Assembly (NCBI GenBank): GCA_963785855.1
Contig: CAWAWT010000011.1
Location: 7,946 to 71,945, forward strand
DNA length: 64,000 bases
Source: an uncultured Alphaproteobacteria bacterium
GTDB taxonomy: Bacteria > Pseudomonadota > Alphaproteobacteria > Sphingomonadales > Sphingomonadaceae
Reading direction: 5' to 3'
A program made the translations under genes and the position numbers. The notes beneath the pieces were generated by a model, which did no database searches, was not told the origin of the DNA, and saw only the letters and a list, made by a program, of their open reading frames with translations. Shown piece by piece: positions 29,767 to 40,638 of the stretch (its first letter is position 1; each line of letters begins with the position of its first letter).

Positions 29767-31086
29767 ATGAGTTTCGCCGATCTCGGCCTTTCCGACGAAT
29801 TGCTCCGCGCCGTTAGCGATAGCGGTTACGACGAGCCGACACCGATCCAGCGCGCCGCGATCCCGTCGGTGCTGATGGGGCGCGACCTTGTCGGAATCGC
29901 CCAGACGGGCACCGGCAAGACCGCCGGCTTCGTGCTCCCGATGATCGACATATTGCATCAGGGCCGAAGTCGCGCACGGATGCCGCGCTCGCTGATCCTC
30001 GAGCCGACCCGCGAGCTTGCGATGCAGGTTGCGGAGAATTTCGAAAAATACGGAAAATATCACCCGCTCTCGATGGCGCTGTTGATGGGCGGCGTTCAAA
30101 TGGGCGACCAGGTCAAGGCGCTCGAAAAGGGCGTCGACGTGCTGATCGCGACGCCGGGCCGGCTGATGGACCTCTTCAGCCGCGGCAAGATCATGCTTAC
30201 CGACTGCAAGCTCTTGGTGATCGATGAAGCCGACCGAATGCTCGACATGGGTTTCATTCCCGACATCGAGGAAATTTGCGCAAAGCTTCCCAAAAGCCGC
30301 CAGACCTTGCTCTTCTCGGCGACCATGCCACCGCCGATCCAAAAGCTCGCCTCAAAGTTCCTCAACGAGCCGAAGCGGGTCGAGGTCGCCCGCCCGGCGA
30401 CCGCCAACGTCAATATCGAGCAGCGGCTGATCCAGGTCCGGTCAGACCGGAAGAAAGACGTTCTGCGCGACATCCTTCGGCATGAGGAGTTCAAGAATGC
30501 AATCGTCTTCGCCAACCGCAAGACGACGGTTCGCGAGCTTGCGTCCAGCCTGAAGCGATCGGGTTTCGCGGTAGGCCAAATTCAGGGAGACATGGACCAG
30601 TCCAACCGGATCGCTGAGTTCGACCGTTTCAAGAATGACGAGATCACGATCCTGGTGGCATCCGACGTTGCCGCTCGAGGCCTCGACGTCAAAGGCGTCA
30701 GCCACGTCATCAATTATGACGTTCCGTGGCAGCCGGACGATTATATCCATCGCATCGGCCGCACCGGGCGCGCCGGAATGAAGGGCATCGCGATCACGCT
30801 CGCTTCGCGCGAAGATGGCGAATCCATCGATCGGATCGAGAAGCTCATCGGTCACAAGATCCCGGTCGCCGGCGTGAGCGAAGAGGCTCGGGCCGAGAAG
30901 CCGCCCGCTCCCGAAAAGCGAGCGAAGACGAAAAAGACGCCAAGGGCCGCGGCGCCCAAGGCAGATCTCCCAAACGACGAGCCCGGACCGCCGGAGACAC
31001 GGGAGAAGAGCTCTCCCGTCGTCGAGGACATCAAGTCGGACTGGAACGGCCCCCTTCCTGGCTTCCTCTCCGTCGGCGCGAGCTAA
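29767..31086 (+). CDS. DEAD-box RNA helicase (RhlE-like)
   Basis: Q motif PTPIQ, AQTGTGKT, PTRELA, TPGR, DEAD, SAT, ARGLD, HRIGRTGRAG. Confidence 0.96.
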   Translation: MSFADLGLSDELLRAVSDSGYDEPTPIQRAAIPSVLMGRDLVGIAQTGTGKTAGFVLPMIDILHQGRSRARMPRSLILEPTRELAMQVAENFEKYGKYHPLSMALLMGGVQMGDQVKALEKGVDVLIATPGRLMDLFSRGKIMLTDCKLLVIDEADRMLDMGFIPDIEEICAKLPKSRQTLLFSATMPPPIQKLASKFLNEPKRVEVARPATANVNIEQRLIQVRSDRKKDVLRDILRHEEFKNAIVFANRKTTVRELASSLKRSGFAVGQIQGDMDQSNRIAEFDRFKNDEITILVASDVAARGLDVKGVSHVINYDVPWQPDDYIHRIGRTGRAGMKGIAITLASREDGESIDRIEKLIGHKIPVAGVSEEARAEKPPAPEKRAKTKKTPRAAAPKADLPNDEPGPPETREKSSPVVEDIKSDWNGPLPGFLSVGAS

Positions 31087-31162
31087 GGCACATCAATGAC
31101 ACTGGAATGCGCTTCCGCGCATTCCTAGCTGGCCATCCCAAGCCCAGGAAAAGGGACCCAGC

Positions 31163-32063
31163 ATGACCGAATATGTGCCGCCGGAAGTTTGGACATGGGA
31201 AAGCCCAAGCGGCGGCCAGTTCGCGAACGTCAACCGTCCGACCGCCGGGCGCAACGCACGATCAGGAGCTAGCAGTCGGGAAGCATCCGCTGCAGCTTTA
31301 TTCACTCGCCACTCCCAACGGGCAAAAAGTCTCGATCATGCTCGAAGAATTGATCGCGAAAGGCCACAGTGACGCGGAATATGACGCATGGCCGATCCGC
31401 ATCGGGGACGGCGACCAGTTCGGAAGCGGCTTTGTCGCAATCAACCCCAATTCGAAAATTCCGGCGCTGGTCGACCGGAGCGGCCCGGCGCCGGTGCGCG
31501 TATTCGAATCCGGCGCGATTCTCCTCTATCTCGCCGAGAAGTTCGGCGAGTTTTTGCCAGCTTCTGGTCCGACACGCGCAGAGACCCTTTCGTGGCTCTT
31601 CTGGCAGATGGGCGCCGCACCCTTCCTCGGCGGCGGGTTCGGCCACTTCTTTGCTTATGCACCGGAGAAGCTCGAATATCCGATCAACCGCTATTCGATG
31701 GAGGCGAAACGGCAATTCGACGTGCTCAACCGCCGCCTCGCGGAAAGCGAATATATCGCCGGCCCCGACTATTCGATCGCCGATATCGCGATCTGGCCGT
31801 GGTACGGCGGTATCGCGCTTCGCCGAAGCTACGAAGGCGCGGACGTCTTTCTCGCAACGCATGAATATGAGCATGTCCTGCGCTGGGCGAGACAGATCGA
31901 TGCCCGTCCGGCGGTGAAGCGCGGCCGGATCGTCAACAAGATGAGCGGCAATCCAGCGGAACAGCTTCACGAGCGGCACGCGGCGAGCGATTTCGAACTG
32001 AGGACGCAGGATAAGTTGCAGCCGTCAGATGAGACCGAGGCGGTGAGGGACGATGCAATCTAG
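31163..32063 (+). CDS. yghU: Glutathione-dependent disulfide oxidoreductase YghU (nu-class GST); frameshift near 31250
   Basis: MTEYVPPEVWTW, GKHPLQLYSLATPNGQKV, NPNSKIPAL, FESGAIL, LHERH. Confidence 0.92.
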
Positions 32064-32120
32064 GCCGAGCTTTCGCTCACTTTGCGCCAGCGGCACGAAT
32101 GTCCGCTGCAAGACGTCGGA

Positions 32121-33251
<1,131 letters not shown>

Positions 33252-33322
33252 TTAGCGGCTCTTCCTTTCATCGCAACTCGGACGGGGTAGCCAAGCCGAG
33301 TTCCCATGTTAGTGCCCGCGCG

Positions 33323-34311
33323 ATGCCGCACATCCAGGATATCGACCGCTTCCTGTTCATCGTCGGTGCGCCGCGCTGCGGCACGACGACCATGGCGCGC
33401 TGGCTCCAGGCACACCCGCAGGTCCTATTCCCGTTCGTAAAGGAGCCGCACTATTTCTGGCAGCACGACCTTCGCGGATTGGGAGATTTTGAGCTCAGAC
33501 GCGTGATCGAGCATGATTATCTCGATCATTTCTTCAGCCCACCGGACCAACGTCAGAGCTTAGGTGCAGACGCGTCGGTCTCCTACCTCTACGCGCCCGA
33601 GCGGCTCGAGCCGGTGCTAAGGCTATGGCCAGACTCACGGTTCGTCGTCGCTGTTCGCGACCCACTGACAATGCTGCCCTCGCTCCACAAACGGCTGATC
33701 TTCACGGGCGACGAGAATATCCGCCGGTTCGAGGACGCATGGGCGGCAATCCCTGACCGCGCTGCCGGCCGGCGCATCCCATGGAGCGCAATCGATCCGC
33801 AGTGGCTCCGCTACGACGAGGCCGCGCGCTACGGCAGCTATATCGAGCAGCTGTTCGCGGCCGTGGGCAAGAAAAATTGCCTGGTGATCGTGTTCGACGA
33901 CCTCGTCGCCGATCCGGCGAGTGAGTAGAATCGGCTGCTCGAGTTCGCGGACCTTAGCTTGGTTGCACCGCCGGGACTCGAAGCTGAGCGCGAGAGCAAG
34001 GGCGTCCGGTGGATATTCTTGCAGCAGCTGCTGAAGCGGCCGCCCAGAGCGCTCCTGCCCTATCTCGCAAGTGCCCGGTTTCTTGGCCGGTTCGACAAAG
34101 CCGCAGGCAAGAAGGTGGAAACGCCAACCCCGGCAAGTCCCGCCGCTCACTCCGCAAGCGCCTTCTCAAATGGAACCGGATTCCGGACGAAAATCGGCCC
34201 CTTCCGATTGTCGTCCAGCACGAGATCAAGGCCCAGTATCAAGCGGAGATCGACAAGCTGGGCGCGCTCATCGGCCGCGACCTCAGCCATTGGCTACAGC
34301 CGCGGGAATAA
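33323..34311 (+). CDS. Sulfotransferase; in-frame TAG at 33926-33928 and frameshift near 34140
   Basis: PAPS loop [29 protein letters not shown]...S; C-terminal LIGRDLSHW. Confidence 0.85.
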
Positions 34312-34389
34312 GGCGGATCGGGATACTGACGCTCTGGCCGAGTTTCCGTTAAAGAGTCGCCGTCCCGACTCGGAAGAAGGGGGATTTCC

Positions 34390-35484
34390 ATGGCAACGAT
34401 TGCACCACCGCGTCCTGAGCAGACGATTCAGCCGGATGCGCAGAAGCTCGAAGATTTCATGCACAAGATTGTCGGCGACATGGCCGCCGCGATGAGTGGA
34501 AGTCTCGTTATCACCGGCACGAAACTGGGTCTCTACAAGGGCCTCGCCGACATCGGTCCAGCGACAAGCGCCGACCTTGCAAGGCACCTCAGCCTCGACG
34601 AACGCTATGTTCGAGAATGGTTATCCGCCCAGGCGGCGAGCGGCTTCGTCGATTATGATTCGAACAGTGAGCGGTTCTCGCTCAACGCCGAGCAACGGAT
34701 GGCGCTCTCCAACGAAGACTCGCCCGTCTTTGTCGCTCCGGCGTTCGAGCTTATCGCCTCGACCTATATCGACGAGCCCAAGATCACCGATGCGTTCCGA
34801 AGCGGCGCAGGCGTCGGCTGGCATGAACATCACGAATGCCTTTTTCGAGGCTGCGAGAAGTTCTTCCGTCCGGGCTATCGCGCCAATCTCGTCGCAGGCT
34901 GGATCCCGGCGCTTGATGGCGTTCTCGACAAACTGCAGGCCGGCGCGAAAGTCGCCGACATCGGATGCGGACACGGCGCCTCGACGATCATCATGGCCGA
35001 GGCATTTCCCAGGAGCGCCTTCTTCGGATTCGACTATCACGACAAGTCGATCGAGCGCGCCCGCGACGCAGCCAAGGAAGCTGGAGATATCCAGAACGTG
35101 AGGTTCGAGGTGTCCTCGGCGAAGGAAGCGCCAGGGCGCGACTTCGACTTGATCTGCTGCTTCGATTGCCTGCATGACATGGGTGATCCCGTCGGCGCCG
35201 CACGGCACGTCCACGAGATGTTGAAGCCCGACGGCACCTTCATGATCGTCGAGCCCAGAGCCGGCGACGAGCTGACCGACAACCTCAATCCGGTGGGCCG
35301 AATGTATTATTCAGCCTCGACGATGATCTGCACACCGGGGTCGAGGGCGCAGGAAGTCGGGCTGGCGCTAGGCGCTCAAGCAGGAGAGAAGCGCCTTAGC
35401 GCATTATTGCATGAAGCCGGCTTCACACGCGTCCGTCGCGCAACCGACACGCCGTTCAATATGGTGATTGAGGCGCGACCCTAG
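34390..35484 (+). CDS. Class I SAM-dependent methyltransferase with N-terminal winged helix (Rv2258c-like)
   Basis: ERYVREWL, VADIGCGHG, FDCLHDMGDP, QAGE, PFNMVIEARP. Confidence 0.92.
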   Translation: MATIAPPRPEQTIQPDAQKLEDFMHKIVGDMAAAMSGSLVITGTKLGLYKGLADIGPATSADLARHLSLDERYVREWLSAQAASGFVDYDSNSERFSLNAEQRMALSNEDSPVFVAPAFELIASTYIDEPKITDAFRSGAGVGWHEHHECLFRGCEKFFRPGYRANLVAGWIPALDGVLDKLQAGAKVADIGCGHGASTIIMAEAFPRSAFFGFDYHDKSIERARDAAKEAGDIQNVRFEVSSAKEAPGRDFDLICCFDCLHDMGDPVGAARHVHEMLKPDGTFMIVEPRAGDELTDNLNPVGRMYYSASTMICTPGSRAQEVGLALGAQAGEKRLSALLHEAGFTRVRRATDTPFNMVIEARP

Positions 35485-35506
35485 GTCGGCGGCAAAAGGT
35501 GGGCAC

Positions 35507-35681
35507 AAAAGCGGGAGACCCGTCGATGGCGTGGGTGCTGACGCGGCTTTAAGAGTTAGGCGCCCCAACACCGACGAAACGACGTGCAAGGGCCCCCTCC
35601 CGTTCGTCGTTTGCCCCCCACGGCGGCTATGCCTCCCCGGGGACGCCCGAAACAGGTTAAGACCAGGCCCCCAACGGGGCG
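35507..35681 (-). ncRNA. Candidate structured non-coding RNA (~175 nt, rod with internal bubble), family unassigned
   Basis: Nested helices 35672-78/35519-25, 35640-48/35558-66, 35605-12/35577-84; G-U pairs favour the minus strand; upstream CTTGAA...CGATGCT; 3' UUUU. Confidence 0.6.
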
Positions 35682-35727
35682 AGATGAGCATCGTTCTTCG
35701 AGGCTCCGTTGATTCAAGTCGCGAACA

Positions 35728-35747
35728 CCGTGGCTGATCAGCCACGG
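35728..35747. repeat. Perfect 20-bp palindrome
   Basis: CCGTGGCTGATCAGCCACGG between the PilZ gene stop and the candidate RNA promoter. Confidence 0.7.
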
Positions 35748-35813
35748 CGACATGCTCGCTGGGGTCCGTGATGCGGATCCCATCGAAGATGGACGTCCCC
35801 GCGGCTTTACTGC

Positions 35814-36353
35814 CTAGTTTGTCGGCTGATCGGATCGATCGAGAATGATGGGGTCAGTGAACGCGAGGCCGACGTGCCCGTTCTGCGTCCATTTCACGAC
35901 GGCCGGCACAAGAACTCCGCCTTCAAAACGGACATGGACCTTTGCTCCTGGCGACAGGTCCGAAACGTGATCACCCATAACCCCGCCCTCGGAGACATTG
36001 TGGATGGCAAAGCTCGTCGGCGAACCGTCGATAAGCAGTTTCAGCTTTCGGCGCTTCGCTGGGACCCGGGGGAAGCGGCGCTGGTCAGGTGACGAAGAAA
36101 CATTGCGTCGCGAAACCATCGAGCTCGCCTCCTGGCGAGCGGTCTCTGCGAGCGCGATTGCGGTTCCGCAAAAACCGCACTCCGCGCTTAATCGGCCGAT
36201 ATACCATTGAGAGCGGCCGCAGCCGGGACAATGGTTGGGCTCGTTAGCGCGATAAACAATGTGATGGCCGCGCTTCGCGAGCGCCTCCGCGAAGGAGCCC
36301 GAGGCACGCTCGTAAACGAAAACGTCAGACATCCGGCCAGCTCCACTGAGCAT
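35814..36353 (-). CDS. Zinc-ribbon plus PilZ domain protein
   Basis: CPGC-x13-CGFC, then c-di-GMP motifs RRFPR and NVSEGG, ending VKWTQNGHVGLAF. Confidence 0.82.
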   Translation of the reverse strand: MLSGAGRMSDVFVYERASGSFAEALAKRGHHIVYRANEPNHCPGCGRSQWYIGRLSAECGFCGTAIALAETARQEASSMVSRRNVSSSPDQRRFPRVPAKRRKLKLLIDGSPTSFAIHNVSEGGVMGDHVSDLSPGAKVHVRFEGGVLVPAVVKWTQNGHVGLAFTDPIILDRSDQPTN

Positions 36354-36471
36354 GAAGTGTCACCCAACCTGCCAGCAAACGATTTCGAACTCGTTACTCG
36401 TATGCCGCACGCCATGCAGGGAGGCCCGCTCTCCTTTCGCGAATGGACGCATCCCATTCATCGTTAGTCAT

Positions 36472-36490
36472 TTACGTCTTCGTTAACCAT
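36472..36490. promoter_or_regulatory. Putative CtrA box in divergent promoter
   Basis: TTAC-GTCTTCG-TTAACCAT (TTAA-N7-TTAA with one mismatch). Confidence 0.55.
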
Positions 36491-36538
36491 AATGTCGCAC
36501 AAGGGACCCGATTTGGTTGCAAAAGGGTAGTGAAGGCA

Positions 36539-36727
36539 ATGAAACTTCAATTGTCCAAAGCTCGCATCTGGGCCGTGTTCGCCGCGATCGTTGCGATTTC
36601 GCTGCTGGCCTTCGGCCAATGGCTCTTGGCCATAGTTGCGACCGCAATAGGTGGTGCGGGTTACGTCGTCGCGAGAGCCATCGAAGATGTTCTCGACAGA
36701 CAAGAAGACGCGCAATTTGGGAGGTGA
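36539..36727 (+). CDS. Small two-helix membrane protein
   Basis: MKLQLSKARIWAVFAAIVAISLLAFGQWLLAIVATAIGGAGYVV; GAAGG upstream. Confidence 0.55.
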   Translation: MKLQLSKARIWAVFAAIVAISLLAFGQWLLAIVATAIGGAGYVVARAIEDVLDRQEDAQFGR

Positions 36728-36766
36728 GCCATCGCGCTCATTCCCCCCGATGCGGGAGATGTCATC

Positions 36767-37048
36767 GTGATCCAATTTAGTCCGCATGCGCTCGTCTATC
36801 AGGCGCTTGATCAAGTGCTGAGCGACGGAACGATTGCACCTGGTACACCTGGCGCGGTGTTTGCTGCGATTGATCAGCTACAAGACAGTGCCGCACCGAG
36901 GAAACACATCACCTGCGCCGAAAACATCGCCATCGAGATTTATCGCCTGCGCTGCTCGCTCACGCTTTCAGATCACCATGGTTCGACGGCGGTTGTCGAC
37001 CGTCTGAATGCACTAGCCGAAGAATGGATGGCGGTCGCGATCGACTGA
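36767..37048 (+). CDS. Hypothetical protein
   Basis: 93-aa ORF with GGAG RBS; no recognisable motif. Confidence 0.45.
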   Translation: MIQFSPHALVYQALDQVLSDGTIAPGTPGAVFAAIDQLQDSAAPRKHITCAENIAIEIYRLRCSLTLSDHHGSTAVVDRLNALAEEWMAVAID

Positions 37049-37285
37049 TTCCATCTGAGGGCGCCTCCCCGGAGTAAAAGTGATTTCTAGGTTGGTCTGA
37101 CACCTTGTCTGATGCTGCCATCTGTCCCGGCTTCTGATGCGGTGACGATGAGTGCCGCGAGCCCGTTTGGGGGTCGCCGACCGGATCCAGGCGGAAAGCT
37201 GCAGCGAGCATTCGCTGCGCCAGATTCCGAGTATCGCCGTCTCACCGCGGCAGTCGTCATAAAGCGAAACCGAGTTCTGAAGATC

Positions 37286-38323
37286 CTAATTGAGTGGTTC
37301 CGGGAGAAGCAGGCTCGCATCGCCGTAACTGTAGAAACGGTAATCATTTTCAATGGCATGGGCGTAAGCCTCTTTCATAAGCTCAAGCCCCATCAGCGCG
37401 CTGACCAGCATGAACAGGGTCGAGCGTGGCAGGTGGAAGTTCGTAATCAGGCCATCGACCGCAAGGAAGCGATAGCCGGGCGTGATGAAGATGGCTGTGT
37501 CGCCCTCAAAAGGTTGAATGACGCCGTCCGCGTCCGCGGCGCTTTCCAATAGCCGCAGGCTGGTCGTTCCCACGGAAATCAGCCGTCCTCCCGACCGACG
37601 GACACAATTCAGCCGCTCGGCAGTCTCGCCATCGATTCGGCCCCATTCGGCGTGCATCTTGTGCTCGTCGATCCGCTCGCTCTTGACTGGAAGGAAGGTG
37701 CCGGCGCCCACGTGGAGCGTCAGCGTCTCGCGGCCGATGCCTCGCGCATCCAGTGCCTCGAGCAGCCGCGGCGTGAAGTGGAGGGCAGCAGTCGGCGCTG
37801 CAACCGCCCCCTCCTCGCGCGCGAACATTGTCTGATAGTCCTCACGGTCCGCCTCATCCACGAGACGCCGCGAGGCGATGTACGGCGGCAACGGCATTCG
37901 GCCCGCCCGTTCGAGCAACAACTCCACAGCTTCCTCTCCGTGGAAGTGGAGCAGCGCTGATCCATCGTCCGCTTTCTCGACGACGGAAGCCGCTACGCCT
38001 TCGCCGAAGTCGATCGTGTCGCCGACCCGTGCCCTTTTGGCATTGCGTAGGAACGCCTGCCATTCACGCGGTCCCTCGCGCTTGTGCAGAGTGGCGCCGA
38101 TGCTCGCGTCCCCTCGTCGCCCCTCGAGCTGCGCAGGAATGACCTTGGTGTCGTTGAAAACGAGCACGTCACCTGGTCGGAGCAGGCCCGGCAGCTCCAG
38201 CACTTCATGATCAAAGATCGACTTTCCCTCGATTTCGAGAAGCCGAGCACTATCACGCGGCCGAGCGGGCCGGAGTGCGATACGTTCAGCAGGAAGGTCG
38301 AAATCGAAGTCGGCGACGCGCAT
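37286..38323 (-). CDS. queA: S-adenosylmethionine:tRNA ribosyltransferase-isomerase
   Basis: [61 protein letters not shown]. Confidence 0.97.
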   Translation of the reverse strand: MRVADFDFDLPAERIALRPARPRDSARLLEIEGKSIFDHEVLELPGLLRPGDVLVFNDTKVIPAQLEGRRGDASIGATLHKREGPREWQAFLRNAKRARVGDTIDFGEGVAASVVEKADDGSALLHFHGEEAVELLLERAGRMPLPPYIASRRLVDEADREDYQTMFAREEGAVAAPTAALHFTPRLLEALDARGIGRETLTLHVGAGTFLPVKSERIDEHKMHAEWGRIDGETAERLNCVRRSGGRLISVGTTSLRLLESAADADGVIQPFEGDTAIFITPGYRFLAVDGLITNFHLPRSTLFMLVSALMGLELMKEAYAHAIENDYRFYSYGDASLLLPEPLN

Positions 38324-38333
38324 CGCGCCCGGC

Positions 38334-38900
38334 TTAGCCGCCGAGATACGCCCTCACAATTTTTGTGGGGTCGGAAGGCGGCTCGCCAGGTACGATCTTG
38401 TCGACAACGTCCATGCCTTTCACCACTCGGCCAACGACCGTGTATTTGCCGTCGAGTTCGGGGTGCGGCACGAACATGATGAAGAACTGGCTGTTGGCGC
38501 TGTCGGGACTATCGGCACGCGCCGCGCCCACCGTTCCGCGAAGGAACGGGACCGACGTGAACTCCGCTTTCACGTCCGGAAGGGTGGATCCGCCCTCGCC
38601 TGTTCCCTTGGGATCGCCGCCCTGAGCCATGAAGTCGGCGATCACGCGGTGGAAAGTCAGCCCGTTGTAAAAGCCCTGGCGCGACAAAGTGCGGATGCGC
38701 TCGACGAATTTCGGAGCGAGGTCGGGGCGAAGCACGATCTCGATCGTGCCGCCGCTCGAAAGGTCAAGGAACCAGTGATTCGCGGGGTCAGCAGCGACTT
38801 CAGCCGGCGCGAGAAGGCTCGGCGCCGGAGCAGCAGCAGGCGGCGCTGCGGCAACGAGTAGCGCGGCAAGGGGCGCCGCGAAGAGCAACTTATCGAACAT
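38334..38900 (-). CDS. Exported cyclophilin-type peptidyl-prolyl isomerase
   Basis: [37 protein letters not shown]. Confidence 0.93.
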   Translation of the reverse strand: MFDKLLFAAPLAALLVAAAPPAAAPAPSLLAPAEVAADPANHWFLDLSSGGTIEIVLRPDLAPKFVERIRTLSRQGFYNGLTFHRVIADFMAQGGDPKGTGEGGSTLPDVKAEFTSVPFLRGTVGAARADSPDSANSQFFIMFVPHPELDGKYTVVGRVVKGMDVVDKIVPGEPPSDPTKIVRAYLGG

Positions 38901-38951
38901 ATCTCTCCCCGAATTCCGATCCTGGACATCTGGATCAAGCGGCTGGTCCGC

Positions 38952-39440
38952 CTATGACTTTTTGTTCAAATGTCGCCGAACGTCTTGGGCGACCGCGGGC
39001 GTGACGAACTTGTCGATCGATCCACCGTAGCGCGCAATCTCTTTCACCAGCTTCGATGCAATCGGCTGAAGCGACGCGCCCGCCATCAGGAAAACGGTTT
39101 CGATATCGTCGTTCAGCTGCTGGTTCATGCCCGCCATCTGGAATTCATATTCGAAATCCGCGACTGCCCTTAGCCCCCTGAGGATTGCGGTGGCGCCTTG
39201 CTTCTGGGCGAATTCCATCAACAGGGAATCGAATTCCACCACCTCGATATTGCCCTGGACGTCCTTCACCTCGCGACGAACCATAGCCAGTCGCTCCTCG
39301 ACCGCGAACATCGGCTCCTTCGACGGATTGGTTGTGACTCCGATCACCAGCTTGTCGACGAGGTGCGCGCCCCGGCGGATGATATCGAGGTGCCCGAGCG
39401 TTACTGGATCGAACGTGCCGGGATAGACTGCCACTTTCAT
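38952..39440 (-). CDS. coaD: Phosphopantetheine adenylyltransferase
   Basis: YPGTFDPVTLGHLDII, RGLRAVADFEYE. Confidence 0.97.
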   Translation of the reverse strand: MKVAVYPGTFDPVTLGHLDIIRRGAHLVDKLVIGVTTNPSKEPMFAVEERLAMVRREVKDVQGNIEVVEFDSLLMEFAQKQGATAILRGLRAVADFEYEFQMAGMNQQLNDDIETVFLMAGASLQPIASKLVKEIARYGGSIDKFVTPAVAQDVRRHLNKKS

Positions 39441-40354
39441 CAGTGATCTCTTTCTATCGCGAAGCGCGCGATGGCGCGCAGGAGGTCGGCCTCGCGGCCG
39501 TGGCCCGACAAATGTTCGATCGCCTGGGTGACGAGAAATCCAGCCTGCTGCCTCGCCCGGTCTTCGCCGAGGAGTGAAACAAACGTCGCCTTGCCCGCGT
39601 CGGCGTCTCGGCCGGTCGGCTTGCCTGCGGTGGCCGCAGTTCCGCTATGATCGATGAGGTCGTCGGCGATCTGGAATGCCAGGCCGATGTTGCGTGCATA
39701 ACCGCGATAGGGGGTGCGCGCCTCGACCGGCATCTTCACCATGATGCACGCCGCCTCGACTGCATATTCAATCAGAGCACCGGTCTTTAGCTGCTGCAGC
39801 CTCGTGATCGCAGAAAGGTCCACTTCCTTTCCCTCGGCTGCAAGGTCCATCATCTGCCCGCCGGCCATGCCATTCGGCCCCGCGGCGCGCGCCAGCTCGA
39901 GCACAAGGTCGGAGCGAACCCACGGATCTTCGTGCGTCGCAGGCTGCGCGAGAAGCTCGAACGCGAGCGCATGAAGACTGTCGCCGGCAAGCACTGCCGC
40001 CGCTTCGCCGAAGGCCTTGTGCACTGTCGGCTTCCCGCGGCGAAGCTCGGCGTCGTCCATGCAGGGTAGATCGTCGTGGATCAGCGAATAAACATGAATG
40101 GCTTCGACCGCGGTCGCGACGCGAAGTGCTCGCTCGCGATCGATCGCGAAAAGCCGAGCCGCGGCAATTGTCAGCAGCGGGCGAAGCCGTTTCCCGCCAC
40201 CGATCGCGGCATGGCGCATGGCTTCATAGAAAATATCGCGCGTGTCGCCTTTCGCCGCGAGCAGCTTCGCGAAGAAACGATCGACATCGGCCGAGACAGC
40301 CTTCGTCTCGGCGTCTAGCTCGTGGGCAAGCCGGTCGACCGTCTCAACCGGCAT
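39440..40354 (-). CDS. ispA: Farnesyl diphosphate synthase
   Basis: GGKRLRP, SLIHDDLPCMD..LRRGKPT, GQMMD, KTGAL, AFQIADD. Confidence 0.93.
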   Translation of the reverse strand: MPVETVDRLAHELDAETKAVSADVDRFFAKLLAAKGDTRDIFYEAMRHAAIGGGKRLRPLLTIAAARLFAIDRERALRVATAVEAIHVYSLIHDDLPCMDDAELRRGKPTVHKAFGEAAAVLAGDSLHALAFELLAQPATHEDPWVRSDLVLELARAAGPNGMAGGQMMDLAAEGKEVDLSAITRLQQLKTGALIEYAVEAACIMVKMPVEARTPYRGYARNIGLAFQIADDLIDHSGTAATAGKPTGRDADAGKATFVSLLGEDRARQQAGFLVTQAIEHLSGHGREADLLRAIARFAIERDH

Positions 40355-40595
40355 CGAAAGGCTTGAGGCCCGCGGGCTTGCCGTCGCTTCCAAAAGCGAT
40401 TTGCTCGATCCGCGCCTGAGCATCCTTGAGGCGAGCCTCGCAATGTCGGCGCAGCCGGTCGCCCTCCTGATAAAGCTCGATCGATCGATCGAGAGGCGCT
40501 TCACCCTTCTCGAGCGTGCGAACGATTTCTTCGAGGCGCTTCAGGGCGTCCTCGAAGCTCAGCTGTTCGACGTTCACTGTCTCGCCGGTTTCCAT
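40344..40595 (-). CDS. xseB: Exodeoxyribonuclease VII small subunit
   Basis: LSFEDALKRLEEIVRTLEKGEAPLDRSIELYQEG; upstream of ispA. Confidence 0.95.
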   Translation of the reverse strand: METGETVNVEQLSFEDALKRLEEIVRTLEKGEAPLDRSIELYQEGDRLRRHCEARLKDAQARIEQIAFGSDGKPAGLKPFDAG

Positions 40596-40638
40596 TTTCG
40601 GAGTTTGAGCCGCGCTACCGCTCAAATCAAGCAATCAG

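Noticed and set aside
35507-35681. Assigning the candidate RNA to SRP RNA, RNase P RNA, tmRNA or canonical 6S
   Set aside because: No CAGG..GGAA..AGCAG SRP core, no GAGGAAAGUCC, no tag ORF or tRNA-like ends, and not in the zapA-ygfA context
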